Positions 1 through 12,288 of a stretch of 64,000 bases of DNA are shown one piece after another. Position 1 is the stretch's first letter; the number at the start of each line of letters is the position of its first letter. Origin of the DNA: Octopus vulgaris (taxonomy: Eukaryota); assembly GCA_951406725.2 (NCBI GenBank), contig OX597834.1:20274001-20338000 (forward strand), written 5' to 3'. The translations under genes and the position numbers were made by a program. The notes below the pieces were generated by a model. It saw only the letters and a program-made list of their open reading frames with translations, did not search any database and was not told the origin of the DNA.

Positions 1-215
1 TCATACACACATATATATAAATATGCCAATACATGTGAAAGCAGTATATGTGTGTATATATACATGTGTGTGTGTGAGTGTTTTATATATAAATGTGATG
101 TGTATATATGTCTATATATACGTGTGTGTTTGTATACATACACACATATGCATCAATATGGATATAAATACCCTCATGTATTGCATATGCATATATATTC
201 AAACACGTGTGTGTA

Positions 216-425
<210 letters not shown>

Positions 426-572
426 CATAATACATGTTGATATGTGGACATATGCACAAAAATATGTATTCAATATAAAACCTCCTTGTTCAGTGGTTTA
501 TCAAGTGGAAGACATTTTATAGTTTCTGCATCATTGAAGTAACATATGACATCTCCCTAATCTGTATACACA

Positions 573-616
<44 letters not shown>

Positions 617-831
617 TGTGGATATGATAAAGAGAGGAGTGAGAGCATGAGATACTTTGTAAAACAGGTAATATACTCACTATTGCTATAGTGCAACACA
701 TATTTATATATTCATGTTTATGTATGTATATATGTACATGTGTATATATGGATGTATGTGTATGTATTTGTATTGGTATGCATATATGTGCATGTATGTT
801 TATGTATGTATATGTTATTGCTTTCTTTTCC

Positions 832-1258
832 TTGCTTCAGTCATTTGACTGTGGCCATGCGGGAGCACTGTCTTAAAGTGTTTTTAGTCGAATGAATCAA
901 ACCCTGGACTTCTTATTTTTCTAAGCCCTAGTATTTATTCTATCGGTCCGTTTTACCAAACTGCTAAGTTATGGGAATGTAAACACACCAACACTGGTTG
1001 TCAATTGGTGGTGGGGGACAAAAACAGACAGAAAGACACATTCATATATATATGGCACGTAAGAAGCACCCACTACACTCTCAGAGTATATACATATGAT
1101 GGGCTTCTTTCAGTTTCCATCTACTACCAAATCTACTCACAAGGCTTTGGTCAGCCCAAGACTATAGTAGATGACGCAATGTGCCACATAATGGGACTGA
1201 ACCCAGAACCAAGTGGTTGCAAAGCATATTTCTCTTACCACACTGTCATACCTGCACC
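832..1258 (-). mobile_element. tRNA-derived SINE, family A (diverged copy)
   Basis: Reverse complement of the 1563-1980 copy along its length (tcagtcatttgactgtggccatgc ... ttaccacac). Confidence 0.85.
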
Positions 1259-1330
1259 TTTATATGTATGCATACACTGAAGTTTATAATTCTTATGTCT
1301 GCATATGCACATACACACACACACACAAAG

Positions 1331-1376
<46 letters not shown>

Positions 1377-1378
<2 letters not shown>

Positions 1379-2001
1379 TTAATCCAAACATGAAAACAAA
1401 ACAACGCGAGGACGTGGAACAAATATAGTATTATTGGACGCTCAGGAAGGAAGGGAAGACGGAGGGCTTAACTTTTCGAGCGGAGCTCTTCGTCAGAAAC
1501 ATAGGAAAAGGAAAGATCCAGAGAAGGGAAGACGGAGGAAAAGAATCGCCAGCAGTACACAAGGCACAGGAGTGGCTGTGTGGTAAGTAGCTTGTTTACC
1601 AACCACATGGTTCCGGGTTCAGTCCCACTGTGTGGCACCTTGGGCAAGTGTCTTCTACTATAGCCTCGGGCCGACCAAAGCCTTGTGAGTGGATTTGGTA
1701 GACAGAAACTGAAAGAAGCCTGTCGTATATATGTATATATATATAAGTGTGTGTGTATATGTTTATGTGTCTGTGTTTGTCTCCCTAGCATTGCTTGACA
1801 ACTGATGCTGGTGTGTTTACGTCCCCGTCACTTAGCGGTTCAGCAAAAGAGGCTGATAGAATAAGGACTGGGCTTACAAAAAAGAATAAGTCCTGGGGTC
1901 GAGTTGCTCGATTAAAGGCGGTGCTCCAGCATGGCCACAGTCAAATGACTGAAACAAGTAAAAAAGTAAAAGAGTAAAGAGTATGCGGTCACATTTTGAA
2001 A
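1377..2001 (-). mobile_element. Short non-coding element with a minimal hammerhead motif (Penelope pLTR-like), apparently interrupted by SINE A
   Basis: Minus strand 1500-1465 reads GTTT CTGACGA a GAGC tcc GCTC GAAA ag TT AAGC. A related copy lies at 19022-19198. Flanked by TA tracts. Confidence 0.6.
1563..1980 (+). mobile_element. tRNA-derived SINE, family A (full length)
   Basis: A-box-like TGGCTGTGTGG, B-box-like GGTTCAGTCCC, CORE-like accttgggcaagtg, internal (TA)/(TG) tract, 3' stem-loop CAGTCA-aa-TGACTG and an AAGAGTA-type tail. More than 10 homologous copies in the window. Confidence 0.93.
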
Positions 2002-2063
2002 TATATATAATTATTAAAGAGGACAACAAACGTTAAGGCAAGGCAAACATCTCAAGTCATATA

Positions 2064-2097
<34 letters not shown>

Positions 2098-2112
2098 GGA
2101 AAAAAAATTTCA

Positions 2113-2169
2113 AGTCTTACAGCTGTTCTTGGTGTATCCCTGAATATTGGATATTCCGTCTTCAGAGAC
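2113..2169 (-). ncRNA. Degenerate minimal type I hammerhead ribozyme motif
   Basis: Minus strand GTCT CTGAAGA ...long helix II region... GAA CAGCTG TA AGAC. Helix I is GTCT/AGAC, helix III is the palindrome ACAGCTGT, the triplet is GUA, and one A of GAAA is missing. Confidence 0.5.
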
Positions 2170-2319
2170 AAAAAAGGAAAAATAGGGAAAATGAGAATGG
2201 AATATATTAATGGAATGACAACATAGAGGAAGGGAGTAAAGGAATGAGGTGAAGAGAGAGAAGAAAAAAGAAGCATAAAAGTTCATATATATATATATAT
2301 ATCATCACCATCACCAACA

Positions 2320-2620
2320 TCATCATCATTTAACATCTGCCTTCCATGCTGGCATGGGTTGGACTGTTTAGCAGGAACCAGAGTGGCAGAAGACTGCACA
2401 AGACTTTTGTATCTGTTTTGGCAAGTTTTTTACAGCTGGTTGCCCTTCCTAACACTAACCACTCAACAGAGTGGACTGAGTGTTTTTTTATGTGGTGCCA
2501 GCAAAGGTGAGGTAAGTTTTGGAATGGTTTCTTTCAGCTGGAAGCCCTTCTAAATGCCAACCACTTCACAGTGAGGACGGGATGTTGGCAGGGTCACCAA
2601 GTAACTTGGAAGACAAAGAA
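2320..2620 (-). mobile_element. Family D non-autonomous retroelement (RTE-related, (GAT)n tail), diverged
   Basis: catcatcatttaacatctgccttccatgctggcatgggttggac and tgcccttcctaac are reverse complements of the 3500-3828 copy. Confidence 0.75.
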
Positions 2621-2703
2621 TTTTGAGAGGAGAGGGGGGCAGTGGGGAAGGGGACCTTGTGTCATATGTGTATATATATTAATTATATAAAGATAATTAA
2701 ATA

Positions 2704-2904
2704 TAGAGATATTCTATTGACATTCAATAATTACAATATTACATGAAACACTATGAATATAATATACAACATAACATAATATTATATAAATAATTATAAA
2801 AACCATAAAAGGCCAATATAATATTATGTTATATATTATATTCATAGTATTTAATGGAATATTGTAATATAAATAAATTATTGAATGTCAATAGAATATC
2901 TCTA
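2704..2904. repeat. Foldback inverted repeat
   Basis: Perfect 29-bp arms at 2704-2732 and 2876-2904, plus imperfect inner arms. Confidence 0.9.
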
Positions 2905-3499
2905 AATTTGATTTAACTTTATTATTGAATTATACAAATATTTATATGGTATCCAACAGAAGTAACAGAATTGGATGTTTAACACACCCCTTTGAAGGAT
3001 TTCTTTTCCTCAGTTTGTTATTGTTAATTATATATGTTAATTATTAATGATTGCATCAGTATTGATACCAAATGGTAATCTTTCTATCCAGTTTAACATG
3101 GATGTCTTGTCAGAACACTGAATATTGCCTTATAAACCTCAGGAGATCCTCTCATTTTGGTGTCTGGTGCATAAAGCACATTCGTCTGCTACAATCTTTG
3201 TGGGGGATTTTATGCACCAGGACATTAAGACATGAAAGGGGGTCAAAAACTGGTCTTTTGCGGAACTATGCAGACACATGCCTTCCTTGTATCATAAAAG
3301 TGTGGATGGGATTAGCTGGAAAGAGAATCACAGAGGTGTTGATGAAGTGTCCATGCATACTCACAAGATGTGAGAAAGTGGGCATAAGAGAGAATAGGGG
3401 CAGTATACATAATACACACATACATACACTCACACACGTGTGTATGTATAATAAGTGCATTTGTGTGCTGAAATCGATCAAAATCAATGGAAATTGTAG

Positions 3500-3825
3500 T
3501 TGTGATACCAGTGCTGGTGGCACGTAAAAGAACCATCCGAACGTGGCCGTTGCCAGCGCTGCCCCGACGGGCCTCCGTGCCGGTGGCACGTAAAAAGCAC
3601 CATCTGATCATAGCCGTCGCCAGCCTTGTCTGGCACCTGTGCTAGTGGCATGTAAAAAGCACCCACTACACTCACGGAGTGGTTGGCGTTAGGAAGGGCA
3701 TCCAGCTGTAGAAACATTGCCAGATCAGACTGGGCCTGGTGCAGCCTTCGGGCTTCCCAGACCCCAGTTGAACCGTCCAACCCATGCTAGCATGGAAAGC
3801 GGACGTTAAAAGATGATGATGAGGA

Positions 3826-3828
<3 letters not shown>
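3500..3828 (+). mobile_element. Family D non-autonomous retroelement (RTE-related)
   Basis: Three internal repeats of gtgc(c/t)ggtggcacgtaaaa. The motif ggttggcgttaggaagggcatccagctgta resembles RTE 5' UTRs. The 3' end aacccatgctagcatggaaagcggacgttaaa is followed by (GAT)n. Many copies in the window. Confidence 0.85.
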
Positions 3829-3909
<81 letters not shown>

Positions 3910-4093
3910 TACAGGTCTTTATCTCTATGCACGCTTTCGCAGCTTTCAAACCAAGATAGATTAACGTGTTTGTCTCACTGAGTGTAAGATATAATCGGGG
4001 GGTGGGTGGGTGAAGAAAATACAAAATATATGAAATAAGAAAATAAGCAACATAAACACACATGTACCACTCCTTATATATATAAGCTTGTAA

Positions 4094-4129
<36 letters not shown>

Positions 4130-5060
4130 ATATCTATATGTGTGTATGTGTGTGTGTCTATATCCTGGTGCATATATATATATATATATATAATGTTTGT
4201 ATGCATGTGTATATATATATATATGTACACATGCACACATATATGTGAATGTATGCTTCTGTGTGTGTGTATACACACACATATATGTGCATACTCACAC
4301 ATGCACACACATTTGTATTTATGGAAAAGTATTTTATGAAAATTAATTTTTAGTATTCCATTGCAAGTATGCTATTTGATGTAAACAACCATTTTATAAA
4401 ACTAAATTGTTATGACGCCTCCCTCCTTTCCTGTTCTCTCACCCTCCACAATCTCCCCCCTCCTCCTACTCCTTTTCCTCCTTTTTATTTAAATCACCTT
4501 TATATTAATATATAAATATTTTTTTTTTACATTTTATCTTGACATTTATTTATTTATTTAACTATTTTATTTTTGCAGTGGGTGTCTTCGAATGATTAGC
4601 TGTGACTGACTTATTACTATTATTGTTATTATTATTATTATCATCATTGTTGATGATTTTCTTGTTGTTGTTATTGTCAATATTTTATTATTTGTTACTA
4701 TTGTTATTATTGTTATTATTACTTTTTTAATTTTATCATGAAATTATGAAATTGACTTGTAAACATGTTAAATGGTTTTAAAATTCATTTTTGTCATGAT
4801 AGAGACACCTGGATTTATTTAATGTAATCAACAATCACATTTATAATAATAATAATAATAATAATCATAATCATAAGAGTAATGTTTAATAATAATAATA
4901 ATAATAGCAATGTTAACAATGTTAATAATAAAAAATTAATAATAATGCTAACAATAATGATAATAATAATGTTAATAACTATATTGATAATAATATTAAT
5001 AATAAAAAATTAGTAATAATGCTAACAATAATATTATTAATAACAATGTTTCATACTACG

Positions 5061-5092
<32 letters not shown>

Positions 5093-5510
5093 TGATGATG
5101 ATGATGATAATGATAATGTTTCATAATAATAATAATAATAATAATAGTAATAATAATAATCAGATAGTAAGGAGTTTATATAATGCATAGGAAAGCTTAT
5201 ATTTTTAAGGTGAAAGAGAACTTGAGGTTTGTAAAAATTAACTGGAAACCAAGAAAAAAAAAAAAATTTTCTTTCCCTGATAAACTGCATTACCCTTCTA
5301 ATGCCTGGAGATGTTGTTTCACACTTTTAGTTTACATGAGATATCTGGAGATTAGGGTTTTGGGAAAATTTCATAATAATAATAATGGTTATGGTGAGAA
5401 TGAGGGTGATGACGATGATGCTGATGTGGACGAGGTTGATGATGATGATGAAGATAATGATGATATTGATGAGGATGATACTACTAATAATGATATGGTT
5501 GATAATGATG

Positions 5511-5572
<62 letters not shown>

Positions 5573-5978
5573 AATACTATGGATAATAAAAATAGTAATA
5601 ATTTGCTATTTCTAATATTATTTTAGTGTTTCATAATCTGTACAGCATCGCACAATGGAAACACTAAAAGAAGACCAAAAACTGGAAAAACATACTTCTC
5701 CTCTCCACCCCACACCCACCCATCCACCCATCCAGTAACAAACCAGAACAGATTAGCTTAAAAAAACATTATCTTAAAATCCCAAACACCTTGAAAATAA
5801 TGCTGTGCACACCTCAGCAACATACTGATGCACCTGGTGGTGCTGTTGGAATTTGCATGAAATTCCTGGAAATATGATGAGAACAGTGCTTTCTTTATTG
5901 GCCACAGGTGCCTCATACACACACATACACACACACAGACACATATACATATATATATACACACACACATGCACACGC

Positions 5979-6010
<32 letters not shown>

Positions 6011-6012
6011 GT

Positions 6013-6319
6013 GGAGGCGCAATGCCTCAGTGGTTAGGGCAGCGGACTCGCGGTTGTAGGATCGCGGTTTCGATTCCTAGACCAGGCGTTGTGTGTGTTT
6101 ATTGAGCAAAAACACCGACAGCTCCACGAGGCTCTGTCAGGGGGTGGTGGCGATCCCTGCTGTACTCTTTCGCCACAACTTTCTCTCACTCTTTCTTCTG
6201 TTGGCCTGCTCGCTTAGCCAGCGGGGTGGCGTCATTCGAAGGCTAAAACAATGCGAAGCGCATTGTGACCAGCGATGTGTAGCAACATCTGATAGCCTGG
6301 TCAGTCATGGTGGTGGTGA
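6013..6319 (+). mobile_element. tRNA(Arg)-like SINE, family C, tail X
   Basis: tRNA-like head with A box, anticodon loop ggactcgcgg and B box GTTTCGATTCC. First ~190 bp shared with 28913-29297. 3' tail resembles the LINE end at 21960-22106. Confidence 0.88.
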
Positions 6320-6533
6320 TATATATATATATACATACATATTCTGTTGTGTCTGGGGAGAGTCTTGTACCTTTTCAATACTCATTGACTCTGTCCGTTA
6401 TCTGAGTTGCATTCTTTTCGTTTCAACAAGCCTGCTTTGTCCCTTTTAGAGTCATATTTATTCTACCCAAGGACTTTGAGAAGGTTTCTCTCTCTCTCTT
6501 TCTCTTTCTTTGGCACTCTGTCAGACATGTGTA

Positions 6534-6749
6534 TGAGGGGGTGCTGAAAAAGTTCCTGGCTTTAAGAGTATCATGAAAAGCTTGGATAGAGGTTCAATAT
6601 TGTGTTCTTTTACAGGGTTTAGAAAAACTGAAGGACCACTGCAATAAGTGTGTGAATGTGAGAGGAGAATATGTTGAATAAAATCATAATTAACTGATCC
6701 TTAAGTATTTTCTTTTACCCAAAGCCAGGAACTTTTCAGCAGCCCCTTG
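6534..6749 (+). mobile_element. mariner-derived MITE
   Basis: TA at both flanks (6532-6533, 6750-6751), ~29-bp TIR (ggggXtgctgaaaagttcctggcttt), and an internal mariner transposase C-terminus (FTGFRKTE/LKDHCNKCVNVRGEYVE*). Confidence 0.88.
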
Positions 6750-6761
6750 TAACATTAATAT

Positions 6762-6951
6762 AGCTCTGAGAGAGATTCAGCATGACACAGAATGTGACAA
6801 GGCCATCCCATGGAAATACAGATGCTACTCATTTTTGCCAGTTGAGTGGACTGGAGCAAAGTGAAATAAAGTGTCTTGCACAAGGACCCAACACACTGCC
6901 AGGAATTGAACACCTGATCCGGTGATCATGAGCTGAATATCCTAGCACTAC
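6762..6951 (-). mobile_element. Old tRNA-derived CORE-like SINE with tail Y (3' end probably at 6511-6530, split by the mariner MITE)
   Basis: gtgtcttgcacaaggac is a CORE-like motif on the minus strand, and ggaattgaac is a B box. gattcagcatgacacagaatgtgacaaggc matches the tail of 28913-29297. Confidence 0.7.
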
Positions 6952-8207
6952 AAAAATTCATTACAGAAAGCAAACAACTTACCATTACCCTTATCATTGT
7001 TATTGTCATCCTCCACATTATTCGTTATAAGCATCAACTAATTTAAATATTAGGAAAATGGTTAGTGATAGGAAATTTAAGCCTTTGAAGTATTATTGTA
7101 TTACATATATATTTTTTTTTTAAGTAACCAGATAAGTAAATAATTTAAATTGATATAAAAGACTTTGAAAAGAAATAAGATATGTCTTGGTTCAGTAAAA
7201 AAATTAAAATATAATATGAAGAATTAATTTTTTTTTCTTCTTTTATGATGTACTAAACGACAATGGTTTTACTCTTAAAAGATACTAAGTTTAATCTTCG
7301 TAATCACCAAAATGTATTTAGCTGGGGAAAATGGAACATTTTTCTTCAAAAAAAAGCAAAATAAAGTAAGAATTTTAACTTTAAAAACATCTTGCTGAAA
7401 AGAAGAACAGAAAAAAAAATATTACTTCAAAAGTTTATTACTTATTACTTAAAGTTCTGTTTCTTAACTTCTTAACGATAACATAATTAATATAGAAAGT
7501 ACAAAGAATATAGAAAGTGTGTGTGTGTACAAATGTGTATATGTCTATATAATGTATCATATATGTATATATATATATATATGGCTGTGTGTGTATACAT
7601 ATGTATAACATATACATAATGTACATGTGTATGTATATGTACATATGTGTGCATATATCTATATACATACATATGTATGTGTGTGTGTGTGTGTGTATAT
7701 ATGTATGTATTTACATATATGTTATTCACACACATAAACATTCACACACACAGATGATTGTATTTAGATTAGTGAAAGACAAGACAATTAGGAAAAACAT
7801 ATGTGCCTCTTATTCCACCAGCCATTTCCAGTATCTACAGAGAGAAAGAATATTTCTTGGAAGACAGTGTACTAAAAAAAAAAAAAAGCAGAAAAATATC
7901 AATCGAGAGAAGTCGGGGAAGAGAATGGGTGCAAGACATACATTTACTGAACATACAAAAAAGTCCCTATTTACCGTTCCTTTTATCAGTTTGAAACCGT
8001 TTTTATTCATCAAAGATATTTAAACATTAATCTTCGTTTGGTGATCTGTGTAGCAGAATGGAAATTTAGTAGAGATGCTTTTTGAAAATTGAAGACAGTT
8101 GGCTTGAAACTGTGGCATTACTGAAAAAACAAAACACATGACTTACAGTTTAACGAAGTTAAAGAAACAATCATTTAGTTAGGTGGATGTTTAATTAATT
8201 GACTAAT

Positions 8208-8412
8208 AATCCTTTCTACTGGGAGGTACAAGGCCTCGAATTTGGGGAAAGGGAGTAAGTCCCCAGTGCATAACTGGTACTTATTTTATCAACCCTGAAA
8301 GGACAAAAGGCAAAATTGACCTCAGCGGAATTTGAACTCAGTACATAATGACAGGAAAAATACCGCTAAGCATTTCGTCCAGCATGCTAACAATTCTGCC
8401 ATCTCACTGCCA
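8208..8412 (-). mobile_element. SINE family B (diverged)
   Basis: Homologous to 31168-31398 (ggtacttattttatcaaccctgaaaggacaaaaggcaaa ... ggaatttgaactcag). Confidence 0.85.
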
Positions 8413-8680
8413 TAACCAATTGACTTATAATAAAGGAGTGGAATTGAATAAGTGTGTGTATTAATAATATTGGCATAATGACCCTCCCTAGACAACAAAA
8501 TTTGTTTCAAGACACGAATTCACATAAAGAATCTTGCAAACCAGATACAAAAACTGAAAAAAAATTCTTTATAAGACATTGCCATAGGCATGGTGCATGT
8601 TATGGCAGTGTGGTAGAGAAGTTTGCTTTCTAATCATAGGGTTTGGGGTTCATTTCCACTATGTATTTTTGTGTATATAC

Positions 8681-8729
<49 letters not shown>

Positions 8730-9284
8730 GGTATGTGGAAATATCCATAGACAAAAGGTGTTAAAACACTAGAATCATTTCAGACAGTCCTCTGTTGAGT
8801 GATGCAGGTGTTTCAATCTCATTATGCTCCCACCAGTAATAGAAACCAAGCTGGAAATCTTGGCTTCCTCACGAAAAATCAGTAAATGTCAACAGAAAAT
8901 AAAATAAGGCATTAAACAACCTTCCTGGGATTAGGGAAAATTAGTTAGGGATTAAGGGAATAAAAAGGAAAGACTTAAACAACATGTGGACTGAGAGAAA
9001 AATAATGACTGGAACTTGAATAAACATTTGACCTGATTCATTTGACCTCTGATATAATAGAAAACTTTCAAAGATTGCTTTCTTTGGTTATCTTCAGGCA
9101 AGCTCAAAGAATAGGATTTGAGTTCTAAAAAAAGTAGAAACTGGTTTAGTAGAAAACTAAATTATTAAAGTATTTGTTGATTTTGAATATATTTTAATCT
9201 ATTCCTTAACTTTTTTCTCACCATATTTCTATCGGGATATATTGATTTTGTCTCAATTACTTTTAGAAATAATGAAGAATTTAA

Positions 9285-9507
9285 CCCATTAAGTCCTACT
9301 GTCCTATAAATAGGACACTAAATAGGAACATTAAATAAGCTATATCACATTGTCTCAGTGTCCTATTTATAGGACATCGAGTATTTCCATTTCTACTCGA
9401 AGTAAAGGAGTTTCAATAATTATTTTTTTCATTTTAACCTATTTTCAATCATCTGTAAAAATTTAAAAGTAATATTCAGAAATTTAAGTACTCTGTGATT
9501 TAATGGG
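9285..9507. mobile_element. piggyBac-like MITE
   Basis: TTAA|CCCATTAA ... TTAATGGG|TTAA ends, with internal palindromes tgtcctataaataggaca (9300-9317) and tgtcctatttataggaca (9359-9376). Confidence 0.75.
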
Positions 9508-9612
9508 TTAATTAAGTAACTGTCATTATCAAACCAATGTTTGGAACATAAATAAATTAACATGAAATTTTGATGGAATGGTTTAATTTAGATCTCTTTA
9601 AAAAAAGGAAGT

Positions 9613-9705
9613 ATCCTCACCCGGGGCACAACATTTTTAAATGGCGGTGCCCCAGCATGGCCACAGCTCGTGAGCTGAAACTAGATAAAATAAAAATAAA
9701 ATAGA
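9613..9705 (+). mobile_element. Short 3' end of a retroelement sharing the SINE A tail
   Basis: ggcggtgccccagcatggccacag...ctgaaac followed by an A-rich tail. The upstream sequence differs from SINE A. Confidence 0.6.
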
Positions 9706-11152
9706 AAAAAAATCTTTGAACTATGCTCAGTTCCAGGCAGACTAGAATCAAAGGGCTTAACCTTTTTTTTAAACAATATTTATGTTGGAATATTCTGTTT
9801 CTTCAATCAATTTTGAAGACAATGAAGAATTTATTAAAATTATTGTTATTGTTAAGTAGGTGTTTGGGACATAAATTAGCATAAAATTATGATGGAAAAG
9901 TTTAACCTAGGTCACTTTGCATCGTTGGACCAGAGGTAGTTTTTAGGTAGTTTTAGGTACTTTGGTATTAAAAGATTTAGCCATTTTTGGCTCACATGAA
10001 TTCTTTATGCTCCAGAGGCATCTGGTTTTTAGATGTTGTTATCAGAATTTTAAAAGTGGTGATCAAATGTGTCCAAAGCTCAGATGCAAAGATTTTAAAG
10101 AAATGATAACCTTCATTTCAAATTCTTTACTAAATAAATTAGCACTTGTTAACCTTTGGATATTTTCATAGGCCCATCTAATTGCTCTAACATGTCCTTA
10201 ATGCATGTATAATTAATTAACGATAGAGAAGAGCATCTGCTTAACAAAAAGCACACCCAATCATCAGAAATGGCCCCTTGAGGCAAAAATTATAACTACT
10301 CTTTAATAATTCCCGAGAATCAAAGAAAGACAGAAAAAAAGGATTAGCTCAGGGCTACCAAAATGTTGATTATTCATGAAGAAAATGATGAATTTAATTT
10401 CTCTATAATTTGTTTCCCACTACCACCTTACCGTTTCCACAATCAATACCCTCCATGACCACCTCTACCCAACCACTGCTAACATTTTCACTAGCAGCTC
10501 CACCACTACCAACACCATCGTCGGCATCATTCTCTACCAATTTGTAAATAAATAATCATCAAAGATTGAAATATTCATAGCCTTCTTTTATATAGTATGC
10601 TGATTCCTGAATATACCATAATTCAGCTAATCTATCAGGCATTATCTACACAAGAATCAAACTTGTCTTTTTGTTGGATTTTTATTTTTCTTATTTCTGT
10701 AGCCATCTTAGAATGGTGTCCCTTCTGTGATTCAGACTTGAGTCATACATAATGAGACATACAAAGTCTTTCGTAGAATTTAGCGCTCCTCCTTGCTATC
10801 AGCCCAGTGCGAGGGAATTATTATCTCTTGGCAAGCAAATCTCCTCAAGAAATTATAGTTCATTTATGAAACCATAATTAGCAGATGTGTTTAATTGTCA
10901 TAATGATAATAGGGTTTGCATGGCATGTCAGCAGCGCTGGGTTTGCTTCATGGTTGTCATTAGAATGGGAAGAAAATTTCATTTCGAATTCATTTTACTG
11001 CAAAGGCTTCACTGCTTCTTCTCTCCCAGTCCTTAACCACACACACACACGCACGTGCATGCATGTGTGCACATGCATGCGCATGCATATATACTGATGC
11101 TTGTTTTAATGCTAAGTTATAGAAATATATATATATATCAAAAAACCACCAT

Positions 11153-11316
11153 AGGCACGGGTGTGGCTGTGTTGGAAGAAGTTTACTTCCCAACAACACA
11201 GTTCCAGGTTCAATCCCACTGTGTGGCACCTCGGGCAAATGTCTTTTACTATAGCTTTGGGTTGACTAAAGCCTTGAGAGTGGATTTGGTAGATGGAAAC
11301 TGAAAGAATCCCCTCA
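11153..11316 (+). mobile_element. SINE family A, 5' part
   Basis: tRNA-like head followed by gtggatttggtagatggaaactgaaagaa. Confidence 0.85.
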
Positions 11317-11826
11317 TATATATATATATCATTAATTTAATGTTTGGCTCCCATACTGGCATGGGTTTGATGATTTGACAGGTTTTGATGAGGTAGAAGA
11401 ACTTGTTTCCAATGTCTGCTTTAGTGTGGTTTCTACAATTGGATGCCCTTCTTAACATCATTTCACAAAGTGTAATGGGTGCATTTTCTGTCTCACCATC
11501 ACTAGTGATGATCAGCTTGTAACTTGCCAACCTAAAGCCCTCAACAGGCCCCTATGAATGGACCAAACCAAATATATTGCGGCAGATTTTTCATGGCCAC
11601 ATGCCCTTGCTATTGCCAAACCTCAATGTAATATTTCCCCCTTTACTTCCTTTGGTGCATGTTCCTGTGTCTTTCCTTCACCTTTTTTATTGTATCATTT
11701 TACCTGCCAAGATATTTATGAGTCCTTCAACTTGGTTGTCAAGTCTTTATTTGCTCCATGGGACTTTGTCTCATGCATTTCTTTGACATTTAACCCCGAG
11801 AAAAAAGATTATTATTATCATCATCA

Positions 11827-11873
<47 letters not shown>

Positions 11874-11902
11874 TAATTATTATTATTATTAATAATAATA
11901 AT

Positions 11903-12122
11903 AAGGCAGTGAACTATCAGAATCATTAGCGCACTGGGAGATATGCTTAGCGGTATTTCGCCCGTCGCTACATTCTGAGTTCAAATTCTGCCGAGGTTGA
12001 CTTTGCCTTTCATCCTTTCAGGATTGATAAATTAAATACCTGTGAAATACTGGGGTTGATGTAACCAACTAGTCTCCACTCAACAAATCTGAGGCTGAGG
12101 CCTTGTGTCTCCAGTAGAAAGG

Positions 12123-12125
<3 letters not shown>
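11903..12125 (+). mobile_element. SINE family B within an (ATT/AAT)n tract
   Basis: B-box-like GAGTTCAAATTC and body gactttgcctttcatcctttcagg..gataaattaa, flanked by TAT/AAT repeats. Confidence 0.88.
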
Positions 12126-12164
<39 letters not shown>

Positions 12165-12249
12165 ACTATTCTGTATATTGTAAACGTGCTGTTCACCATT
12201 AGATGACATTAGTTGACTTTGATTTAATGTCTAATTATGATTTCATCGA

Positions 12250-12288
12250 TTATCTAATGATTGCTTTTGTTCTCTTTTGCAGGTAAGT
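12250..12288 (+). other. Candidate recursive splice site (3' splice site directly followed by a 5' splice site)
   Basis: CTAAT branch-like motif at 12254-12258, polypyrimidine tract cttttgttctctttt, then GCAG|GTAAGT (AG at 12281-12282). Confidence 0.55.

Larger units (their letters stand above)
9207..9980 (+). mobile_element. Two adjacent decayed TTAA-MITE (piggyBac-like host family) copies with nested insertions
   Basis: Both contain aatgaagaattta ... tgtttgg(a/g)acataaa ... aaattttgatggaa, homologous to 55969-56190 and 51126-51560. Confidence 0.65.
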
